The position numbers and the translations under genes were made by a program. From Schmidtea polychroa (taxonomy: Eukaryota), in assembly GCA_044892525.1 (NCBI GenBank), contig CM097885.1, forward strand, positions 28,894,001-28,958,000: a DNA stretch of 64,000 nucleotides, written 5' to 3'. The notes below the pieces were generated by a model. That model worked only from the letters and a program-made list of their open reading frames with translations, was not told the DNA's origin and ran no database searches. The stretch's first letter is position 1. Every line of letters starts with the position of its first letter. Shown piece after piece: positions 14,636 to 23,296 of this stretch.

Positions 14636-14802
14636 ATATTTGTATATGTTATATTTGTGTGTTTGTAGTTATTTATCACGTTTTCAATGTTTCGATTAAT
14701 CGTCTAATTTTGTTTCGTTTTATTAACCTATATGAAATTGTTTGAAATCTTTGTCTAAAAGTGAAATCTTTGAATTATCTTTTTCAAATACAATTCAATT
14801 AT

Positions 14803-15778
14803 AGTAGTAGGATTGGAGCTCCCCAGACCAGGAGCTCCCCGCGCCACATATACCCCCTCCCCCCCCGGGAAAAAAATTTTTTTTTTTTAATTTTTTGTTT
14901 TAATTAATTGGTCCAGCGGTGACCTACTTTTTTCTTTCCAAAAGTAATGTTCCCGCCAACAAATTTTATTGACCGATACCTCATCTTAAAGCCCAGTCCA
15001 AGACCTTTCGAATGAGCTATAGGTATCATATATATCTTTAATAGTTTTAATGTTATTAACAATTGATGACCACCATCTTTTCAACGTTAAATTATTATTA
15101 TTTTCCAAAATATTATTAATTGGCCTGGCGGGCTCACACTTTTTTTCATCCCAAAAATTAATGTTCCCGCCAACATATTATATTGATCGATAGCTTATTT
15201 TAAAGCTCTGTGCAAGAACTTTCTAATGAGATATAGATTTTTATCATACGATGACTCATCACATTTTTAGAACAAAGACAATGACTCATCATATTTTTAG
15301 AACGATGTCTAATATTTTTAGATTGATTACGTCATATTTTTAGAACGATGCCTAATATTTTTAGAACTATTACGTAATCGATGTCTAATATTTTTAGAAC
15401 GGTTACGTCATACTTTTAGAACGATGTCTAATATTTTTAGAACGATGCCTAATATTTTTAGAACTATTACGTAATCGATGTCTAATATTTTTAGAACGAT
15501 GCCTAATATTTTTAGAACGATTACGTCATACTTTTAGAACGATGTCTAATATTTTTAGAACGATGCCTAATATTTTTAGAACTATTACGTAATCGATGTC
15601 TAATATTTTTAGAACGATGCCAAATATTTTTAGAACGATGCCTCTTATTTTTAGAATGATTACGTCATAATTTTAGAACGATGTCTAATATTTTTAGAAC
15701 GATGCTTAATATTTTTAGAACTAATAATTTTTGTTTTAATTATCGATTACATAATAATTTAATTTGTTTAAATCGTTG

Positions 15779-15834
<56 letters not shown>

Positions 15835-15930
15835 CTATCCGACAAGATATTCTTTCCCCTACGGGTAATGCACACAAATGTACTACTCACACTCAACAAG
15901 TCACAAGGGTACTGTTCACAAAGTTACTGG
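14803..15930. repeat. Left TIR of element A
   Basis: Reverse complement of 26320-27476 and 9480-10780. Contains a poly-C tract, 21/22-bp arrays and the palindromic box. Inner boundary approximate. Confidence 0.9.
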
Positions 15931-15986
15931 TAAAAATATTCAAGACAAAACTTTCTAAATTCTAAATATTATTCTTTAAATATACA

Positions 15987-16268
15987 CTAAAATTTATTAA
16001 CACATTCACATTCATCATCTCCACAGTTCATAAAATTTTCAACAACATGATCTATACAATCCCTATATACACACGGTTCAGTATCCGTAAATTCCTCCAT
16101 AGGTTCATCAATTTCTTGAATGTTTTCCTCATCATCTTGAGTGTTTTCTTCATCTGTTTCATCAAATTCCGAATCTTCACTCTCTGCTACCCAGTCTATA
16201 TTTAATGCGTTTGTAACAGATAATATATCCGCCTTTTTCACACCAGATATTTCTGCTAATTTTTCCAA
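15987..16268 (-). CDS. Small acidic protein with Cys-rich C-terminus, unknown function (probably the last exon of a spliced gene)
   Basis: 93-aa ORF with no ATG start. A closely similar copy lies at 51033-51314. Confidence 0.6.
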   Translation of the reverse strand: MEKLAEISGVKKADILSVTNALNIDWVAESEDSEFDETDEENTQDDEENIQEIDEPMEEFTDTEPCVYRDCIDHVVENFMNCGDDECECVNKF

Positions 16269-16441
16269 TAAAAAGTTTATTATAAATTCTAAATATTAAA
16301 TAATTCGATAATTAACTAATCATATTAACCTTTTTCTGTAGTCATTATTAGTATTTTAAAACTATAGTATATATTTGTTTATAGAAAATATAGAATATAA
16401 GCGAAAACAAATATGACTAAATACATTTATTAAATACAACA

Positions 16442-16861
16442 TTAAAATAACTGTGAAAGTCTAGCAGACATAATTTTCCAAATTGGAGAATACACATCAT
16501 TATTATCAACTTTATATCCTTGGATTGTAATTGTTATATACCAATTTTCGTTTTCTTTGAAACTGATTTCATCAAAGGAATCATAAAATTTTGCATATCG
16601 GTTGTTGAAAAATGCATTTTGATTGCATGATAGATTCGTATTCAACCTTTTGAAAACATCATCTATGGTTTTAATATCTAACATTGAAAGCGTGCCGGTT
16701 AAGAATTGAAATTGGGTAGGAATTAACTTGATCGGTGACACCAATTTCATATTGATTTCTTCTTTTAAAAAATACATTTTGTAGTTGTGGAACATTTGAA
16801 CAGGTTGTACAAGTTCTGGAACTACTTTTGGTTTTTCAGTGCTTGAAATTTTCTTGGTCAT
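16442..16861 (-). CDS. Polinton hypothetical protein, 139 aa
   Basis: ATG-started non-repetitive ORF, with TATAAAA about 35 nt upstream on the minus strand. Confidence 0.7.
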   Translation of the reverse strand: MTKKISSTEKPKVVPELVQPVQMFHNYKMYFLKEEINMKLVSPIKLIPTQFQFLTGTLSMLDIKTIDDVFKRLNTNLSCNQNAFFNNRYAKFYDSFDEISFKENENWYITITIQGYKVDNNDVYSPIWKIMSARLSQLF

Positions 16862-16969
16862 TGTGAATTATGATTAAAATGAAATGGTACAGGGTTTTTA
16901 TACCTATGACTATTGTTTATCATCCAATCAGATTGCAGTATGTTTTTGTTTTAATTGAATGATAAATAA

Positions 16970-17434
16970 TTAATTAAGTGATAATAAAAAATCTAAAAAT
17001 TCTTTTCCTTCAATTATTGATTTAATTTCAGATATGATATTATCAACTATACATTTGTAATCAATATTTTTTATTCCAAGAATTACTATCTTACGGCTAG
17101 CGAATATATTTACACACATAGGGTTATATTTTATATATCTCAAAGCTGGAAATAATTCTGGTTCATAAAAGCATGGTATTAATTTAGCTAATTTATTTAA
17201 ATTACAAGAAAAACCTATATCGGAAGTTACGGTTATCGATTGTATTTCTAAATCATAAACATTATATTCACTAGCTTTGATTATTTCCTTACACCCCATA
17301 ATTCTACATTTACCAGTTTTGAAATATATTATTGGATATTTATTACTTCTATTGATAAGTTGTTGTGGTTTCCCTATTGGAAATACCATTTTTGATACAT
17401 CAGTTTTTGCCCTGTAATTTATATTTGAAAGCAT
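16970..17434 (-). CDS. TATA-binding protein (TBP)-like protein encoded by the Polinton
   Basis: Two TBP-type repeats: LSNINYR..IIYFKTGKCRIMGCK and IQSITVTSDIGFSCNL..YEPELFPALRY..NIFASRKIVILGIK. Compare TBP LIFSSGKMVCTGAK, IQNMVGSCDVKFPIRL, YEPELFPGLIY, LIFVSGKVVLTGAK. Confidence 0.9.
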   Translation of the reverse strand: MLSNINYRAKTDVSKMVFPIGKPQQLINRSNKYPIIYFKTGKCRIMGCKEIIKASEYNVYDLEIQSITVTSDIGFSCNLNKLAKLIPCFYEPELFPALRYIKYNPMCVNIFASRKIVILGIKNIDYKCIVDNIISEIKSIIEGKEFLDFLLSLN

Positions 17435-17538
17435 TTTAATGAAATAATTTTAAAAACTTTGATATATATAGGTATTTAAAAACAGAGTTCATTTAAATTA
17501 TCAATATAAACAATAATTATATAGTTTAAATTTAAAAA

Positions 17539-18177
17539 ATGGAATTACGAAATGATGCAGTATACCAAATCGTTGGTCCAAGTGGTAGCGGGAAAACTTT
17601 ATTTGTTTGTAAATTACTAAAATCAAATTTGTTTAAAACAAAATTCAACAATATTTATTGGCATAGGGGCGCCGACGAAGAACACGGATTGACGCAATCA
17701 AGTTTCTGTCAGTTGAAAAACATGAAAATAGTAAAGGGCTTTGATAAAAACTGGTCAAGTCGTTTGAAGAAAGATGATGTCATCATTATCGATGATTTGT
17801 ATCAAGAAGCCAATAAAGAAAAGGACTTTAATAATTTATTCACAAAAATCAGCAGACATGTTGGTGTAACAGTTATTTTCATAACACAAAATCTATTTCA
17901 TCAAGGTGGTGCACATCGAACACGTAATTTAAATGTACAATATTTAGTTATTTTCAAGAATCCTAGAGATGCAACTGTCATTGATTTTCTTGGACGACAA
18001 GCATAACCTAATAACCGTAATTTTCTTATCAGTGCATTTCAAGATGCCACGAAAATACCGCATGGGTATATATTTCTCGATTTCACACAACAATGCCCTG
18101 ATGATATACGGGTAAAAACAGATATTTTCAAGCCAAAAGGTGCCATGGTATATAAACAAAGTTCAAAACAAAGTTGA
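17539..18177 (+). pseudogene. A32/FtsK-like packaging ATPase with an in-frame TAA at 18004-18006
   Basis: Walker A GPSGSGKT, Walker B IIIDD, SRH and ITQNLF motifs. The frame continues after the stop (PNNRNFLISAFQDATKIPHGYIFLDF..RVKTDIF) to TGA at 18177. Confidence 0.92.
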
Positions 18178-18190
18178 AAACATATAAATC

Positions 18191-18685
18191 ATGTTTTCAA
18201 AAACAAGGATATCGGGTAAAAAACAACCAAAAGTTCCACCAACAACTAGTTATACTCCATCTAAAGATCTTATTACAGAAAATTTTCCTGCAATGAATCT
18301 TATTTCGAAAAATCCTAAACCTAAACCTAAAAGTAAAACCACTAAGAAAGTAAAAGTTGTTAAAAATCATCGGAGTTTCCCGTTTTTCAATACATTGTTA
18401 AAGGCACCAAGTATGAAAAGAAACAGTATTTTGCAATCTTTTCCAAATTATGTTGTCGATGATTTACTCGATATTATACTTAAAGTAGTCAAAGGCAAGA
18501 TTAAAATCAGTAAATCTAAAAAGCAATTATTGAGTAAACATAGGAAACCTTTGCTATCATTAGTAAATAATAAAAATCGTCAACAAATGAGAAAAATTAT
18601 ATATAAACAACAAGGGGGATTTATCGGTGCATTGATACCTTTAGCAATATCATTATTAGGTGGAATAATAGGAAGTCGATCATAA
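18191..18685 (+). CDS. Basic virion protein with adenovirus pX-like C-terminus
   Basis: Lys-rich. Ends QQGG|FIGALIPLAISLLGGIIG, similar to the adenovirus pX GGFLPALIPII motif and an adenain cleavage site. Confidence 0.7.
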   Translation: MFSKTRISGKKQPKVPPTTSYTPSKDLITENFPAMNLISKNPKPKPKSKTTKKVKVVKNHRSFPFFNTLLKAPSMKRNSILQSFPNYVVDDLLDIILKVVKGKIKISKSKKQLLSKHRKPLLSLVNNKNRQQMRKIIYKQQGGFIGALIPLAISLLGGIIGSRS

Positions 18686-18746
18686 ATAATGGGTGCTAAT
18701 CCTTCATTACCAGACATTAAATTTAATATTAAATCTTCTTGTTGTA

Positions 18747-19802
18747 ATGGAGAAGATTTGGACGAACCCGGAAGACGAAGCCGGTTTTGGTGGAGTGGCA
18801 AAATTAAGGAAAAGAGTTCCGAATTCGAAAAAGGAAACTCAGAAGTGGTTATCAGACCAGCTTGCGTACAGTTTGAACAAACCAATGCGGAAACGATTCC
18901 CAACAAGAACATATAAAACATATGGAATAAATGATTTATGGCAAATGGATTTGATGGAGATGATACCCTATTCGAAAATTAACAATGGGTATAAATATAT
19001 TTTAACATGTATTGATGTATTCAGTCGGTTTGCCCGAGCAATACCCGTCAAGGCAAAATCTGCAGATGAAATGTCCAAAGCTGTTAATCATTTATTTAAA
19101 GATAGACATCCTAAAAACTTGCAAACTGATTTAGGTATTAATATTATTATTTTTATTATTATTATTATTATTTTAGGTAAAGAATTCTACAACAGTAAAG
19201 TCAAGCAAATCCTCAATAAATTGAAAATAAACCATTACTCAGTACATTCTCAATACAAAGCTGCTCATGTTGAAAGATTTAACCGAACTTTGAGAGATAG
19301 ATTAAAGAAATTATTCGTGCATCAAGGTAATAAAAAATGGGTATTGGTTTTACCAAAAATAATAACCAGTTATAATCACTCATCACATCAAGGACTGAAT
19401 GGATTAAGGCCGATTGATATCACGTCAAAAACAATCTATTCTAAAAAACCTGAAAAAATTACAAAACCGAAATATAAAGTAGGTGACCATGTTAGAATTA
19501 GTAAAATTAGTGCATCACCATTTATTAAAAATTTTGATACGAATTGGAGTGATGAAGTCTTTGTAATTTCAAAAATAAATACTAAACAGAATCCTGTAAT
19601 GTATGTCATCAAAGATAATGATAACAATATTGTACAAGGAAAATTTTATGAGCAGGAATTACAAGTTATTCCTCCCCCAAAAGTATTTAGAATTCAGAAG
19701 ATATTGAAAACTAAAAATAAAGGCAAGGATAAACAATACTATGTCAAATGGCATGGTTATCAAAACCCATCATGGATATCAGAAAAGGATCTAGTAAAGT
19801 GA
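18747..19802 (+). CDS. Polinton retroviral-like (rve) integrase with C-terminal chromodomain-like region; 42-nt intron at 19135-19176
   Basis: Motifs WQMDL, TD(LG)KEF after splicing, VERFNRTLR and YYVKWHGY. ATG at 18747 is the assumed start. Confidence 0.95.
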   Translation: MEKIWTNPEDEAGFGGVAKLRKRVPNSKKETQKWLSDQLAYSLNKPMRKRFPTRTYKTYGINDLWQMDLMEMIPYSKINNGYKYILTCIDVFSRFARAIPVKAKSADEMSKAVNHLFKDRHPKNLQTDLGINIIIFIIIIIILGKEFYNSKVKQILNKLKINHYSVHSQYKAAHVERFNRTLRDRLKKLFVHQGNKKWVLVLPKIITSYNHSSHQGLNGLRPIDITSKTIYSKKPEKITKPKYKVGDHVRISKISASPFIKNFDTNWSDEVFVISKINTKQNPVMYVIKDNDNNIVQGKFYEQELQVIPPPKVFRIQKILKTKNKGKDKQYYVKWHGYQNPSWISEKDLVK

Positions 19803-20815
19803 ATTTTTATACTATTTTACCAAGCAATAGTTGCCCGCTTATTCATCCAGATAATCAAGCCAGTAAATTCATGGTCAATCTCCAGAATCCGATTTCTTTA
19901 AATGGTGACTGGGAAGTTGCACTGCAAGATTTTACATTCGTGTACAATACATTCCCATTTTATAGTCAATGTAAGATTGATTTCAAAAGGAATGCTATGA
20001 AAACATGTAGTGGTATCTTTATTATCAGTAATTATGATAAAACATATCATATTCCGAATCAAATATTAGATCAGCATTGCACTATGTTTTACAAGGATGG
20101 ATTAAATATCAGTTGTGATTTTAAACCATTTACAATAACATTCGAATATATTGAAGATGCCAGACGAATGGGTTGCAATAAGTTGAAAAATGAAGTTATG
20201 GAAACAGAATATTTATTACGCTTTGATCTATTTGAAGCAAACAGTGTAATGAGAGAAGAAATCAAAATTTCAGTGTCGTATAATAATGAAGTTGAAGAAT
20301 CATTCACCTTCGCTGACGAATTATATATTGATAAACTTGATGTGTTACTTAAATATTTAAAGTATAATTGTTCACACATATTTAAAAGTTTGGATATTGT
20401 GAAAGATTTGTTATTTACCTTCAGTTTGAATGATGACATTTGCGAAGTTACATTTGATAAAAATTTGACAAATACACTTGGATTAGAGAAGCAGCAATAT
20501 CGGGAAAAATCGGCTGGTATACGTAAACCAAGAATACTTGAACATCATCAACAAATGTTCATATATACTAATATTATTGAGCCTATAATAGTTGGTGATT
20601 CCAGTGTTCCTCTATTGAAATCGGTGTGGATTGGAAAATATGAACATGATGAAGTTGTCAATATAAATATAGATAATCCCATGTATTTACCAATTTCAAG
20701 CTCATCTATAAACAATATAGAAATAAATATTCGTGACGATAGTGGAAAACTTATAAATTTCCCAAAAGACTCAAAAACTCATTTGACACTACATTTTCGT
20801 AAAGTAGATGGCTAA
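19748..20815 (+). CDS. Minor capsid protein (penton, Polinton PX)
   Basis: FYTILPSNS..N..S.F.V.L..PI.L.GDWEVAL at the N-terminus. FIYTNIIEP.IVGD..VPLL..Y.P..INNIEINIRD..G..I.F..TLHFRK at the C-terminus. Confidence 0.88.
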   Translation: MAWLSKPIMDIRKGSSKVNFYTILPSNSCPLIHPDNQASKFMVNLQNPISLNGDWEVALQDFTFVYNTFPFYSQCKIDFKRNAMKTCSGIFIISNYDKTYHIPNQILDQHCTMFYKDGLNISCDFKPFTITFEYIEDARRMGCNKLKNEVMETEYLLRFDLFEANSVMREEIKISVSYNNEVEESFTFADELYIDKLDVLLKYLKYNCSHIFKSLDIVKDLLFTFSLNDDICEVTFDKNLTNTLGLEKQQYREKSAGIRKPRILEHHQQMFIYTNIIEPIIVGDSSVPLLKSVWIGKYEHDEVVNINIDNPMYLPISSSSINNIEINIRDDSGKLINFPKDSKTHLTLHFRKVDG

Positions 20816-21170
20816 TTCCGATATTATTAGTATGTATAGTGATAGCCAATCTGGTGGTGAATTACCATATTTTATTGGTAAACAGTATGGATCAGGTTGG
20901 TTAAAAACAATAGGGAGATTTGCACTTCCCATTCTTAAACGTATTGGTAGTTTTGGCATGAAAACTGCAAAAGATGTGATTATGAATGAACAGAAAATAT
21001 TACCATCCCTAAAAACAAATGCTTTAGCTGAGTTTGGGAAGGTTCTACCTGGAGTTGCTGGTATGTTTCAAAAAGATACACCTCCAGTCCCAGCTCCAAA
21101 ACGTAAAGTACATGGAATATCGCGTATAAACAAACGAATGAAAGGACATGGAACTATATTTGCAAAATGA
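20808..21170 (+). CDS. Small basic virion core or membrane-active protein
   Basis: QSGG and QYGSG protease-site-like motifs followed by amphipathic WLKTIGRFALPILKR. It lies between penton and MCP and overlaps both. Confidence 0.7.
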   Translation: MANSDIISMYSDSQSGGELPYFIGKQYGSGWLKTIGRFALPILKRIGSFGMKTAKDVIMNEQKILPSLKTNALAEFGKVLPGVAGMFQKDTPPVPAPKRKVHGISRINKRMKGHGTIFAK

Positions 21171-22390
21171 TTTGTGGTAAATCCGAATTATGTATATTTG
21201 ATAGACCATCGCCCCAGGCTGTAATAGAATTTGGTGCCTTTGAGGAAGTTTTTCCTATGAATTCAATTACTGATAGTAGAAATGATATCGAGTTTTATAT
21301 TAATGGTTCGCAAACTGAATATTTAGATTTGAACGATACTTTATTGACTGTTCAGATCAAGGTTGTAGATAAAGATAGAAAGGTTTTGGATGCCAATGCG
21401 GATGTATTACCAAACAATTTCATGTTTCATACTCTGTTTAAAGATGCAGTGTTGGGATTTAATAATATCAAGATTGAGGGTGGAAATAATACATTCATTC
21501 ACAAGGCTTTGATAGAAACTATTTTAAATTACAATTCAGATACTAAAAATACCTGTCTTACACCTATGGGTTATGCAGCAGCAGATGATGAAAGAAAAAA
21601 GTGGGTTAAAGGTTCAAAAGTATTCACTATGTGCTCATCATTACAACTTGATTTTATGGATCAACCGAAATATTTACTACCGGGAGTTAATATACATATT
21701 AGACTGAAAAGATCTGATTCTTCATTGTCTCTTACTAGTGCAACTGGTGCACCAATATGTCAATTAGTTGATGCAAAATTATTGGTGAGAAGAGTTCGAG
21801 TAGACCCGTCAGTATTAGCTGGTCATCAATTGGGGCTCAATTCAAAACATGCAATTTATCCTTTAAAAACAAAGGAAATTGTACAATTTGCTATTGCAAA
21901 AGGTGCTTCATCATTCTATAAAGAACAAATATTTGGTGACAGAAGAATGCCTAATTTTATTCTGGTAACATTTCAAAGTGAAACGCAATATAATGGATCG
22001 TATACTGCTTCCAGCTCAATTTTCAAAAATTTTGGTGTTACTTCATTGACTTTATCGAAAAATACTGATTATAGAGAAACATATACTCAAGATTTCGAGA
22101 ATGATAATTACTGTGCGACATATATGCAGAGTATTGTTAGAAATCTGGGTTATTTAGATAAAAACTTGAATTGCGGAATAACTCTTGAAGAATTTAAAAG
22201 CAAATACCCATTTTTCACATTTGTTCTAGCTCCCGATTTTGATTTAAATCAGAGTCAATTACCACAAAACGGGAATTTACGACTGGATATAAAGTTTGCA
22301 AAGGCCATTACTGAACCAGTACATGTTATAATATATGGAGTATTTGAAAATGAAGTTCAAATTACTGCAAATAGAACCGTGCTAGTATAA
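21167..22390 (+). CDS. Major capsid protein (double jelly-roll, Polinton PY)
   Basis: 407 aa with KSEL.IF, IEFYI.G..EYLDLNDTLL, QPKYLLPGV.I.IRL and G.LRLDIKFA motifs typical of Polinton MCPs. Confidence 0.9.
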   Translation: MICGKSELCIFDRPSPQAVIEFGAFEEVFPMNSITDSRNDIEFYINGSQTEYLDLNDTLLTVQIKVVDKDRKVLDANADVLPNNFMFHTLFKDAVLGFNNIKIEGGNNTFIHKALIETILNYNSDTKNTCLTPMGYAAADDERKKWVKGSKVFTMCSSLQLDFMDQPKYLLPGVNIHIRLKRSDSSLSLTSATGAPICQLVDAKLLVRRVRVDPSVLAGHQLGLNSKHAIYPLKTKEIVQFAIAKGASSFYKEQIFGDRRMPNFILVTFQSETQYNGSYTASSSIFKNFGVTSLTLSKNTDYRETYTQDFENDNYCATYMQSIVRNLGYLDKNLNCGITLEEFKSKYPFFTFVLAPDFDLNQSQLPQNGNLRLDIKFAKAITEPVHVIIYGVFENEVQITANRTVLV

Positions 22391-22802
22391 ATGTATACAG
22401 AAACACCAAAAAGTTGTCATGGAGTAAGTTTTTCAATACTGTTTAATTTATTAAAGTAGTTCTGTTCAGGTCAATAGAATTGGAAAACAGATATTGGGAA
22501 ATGAATTTGTAGGAGTTTTTCCTCTCGATAAAATCCCATATTTGAGCAATAATCAAGCCATAATCGTCAATACTCAATCGTCTCATCTTGGTGGAGAACA
22601 TTGGATTGCTATATATGTGAAACCTAGTAATATATTCGTGTTCGATCCTATGGGTTTCTATTACCCTGCTTTGTTGGTATCAAAACTACAAACAATGGGG
22701 AAACCTATTGTATATAATAAAACAATGTTTCAAAATCCCTTGACACAAACATGCGGTCAACATTGTTTAGCTTGGTTGTTGTATAAAAAATTTGATGATT
22801 AA
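22391..22802 (+). CDS. Adenain-like cysteine protease (probable 46-nt intron at 22424-22469)
   Basis: FVGVFP.D, VNT, GEHW (His), FDPMG (Asp), Q..TCGQHC (Gln/Cys). ATG 22391 joins the frame through a phase-0 GTAAGT..TTCAG intron. Confidence 0.9.
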
Positions 22803-22832
22803 TAAATGTATTTTGTATCCTTTGTTGTTGTT

Positions 22833-22863
<31 letters not shown>

Positions 22864-22936
22864 TTATTTTATTATTATTATTATTTTATTATTATTATTA
22901 TTATTATTATTAATATTATTAATATTATTATTATTA

Positions 22937-23009
<73 letters not shown>

Positions 23010-23023
23010 ATTATTATTATTAT

Positions 23024-23054
<31 letters not shown>

Positions 23055-23154
23055 ATTATTATTTTTAATTAAATTTATTTTGAAAAATATTATTATCTAA
23101 CTACACAAACAATGTGCATGCACAAAGATATGCAATCCCATTTGATACCATTTG

Positions 23155-23238
23155 ATTGGCTGATAGAGGAAAAAGTATTCAGGAATGTGTCTTAATTCTG
23201 ATTGGTTGAGACATGGAAATATTCCTGTTCTATATAAA
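23155..23238 (+). promoter_or_regulatory. Putative Pol II promoter of the element A PolB gene: two inverted CCAAT boxes plus TATA
   Basis: ATTGG at 23155 and 23201, TATATAAA at 23231, ATG at 23297. The same layout precedes PolB in element C. Confidence 0.55.
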
Positions 23239-23296
23239 CATTGACAATTCTAAAATTCGTCATAATTATTCTTAAATTTACAAATTTTAAATTAAA

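Noticed and set aside
14186..14745. Four overlapping 134-173 aa ORFs
   Set aside because: They are by-products of a stop-poor 30-bp minisatellite, with no non-repetitive coding evidence.
18004..18006. TAA reassigned to Tyr or programmed readthrough in the ATPase
   Set aside because: TAA terminates neighbouring genes normally. A single TAY>TAA mutation in a defective element is simpler.
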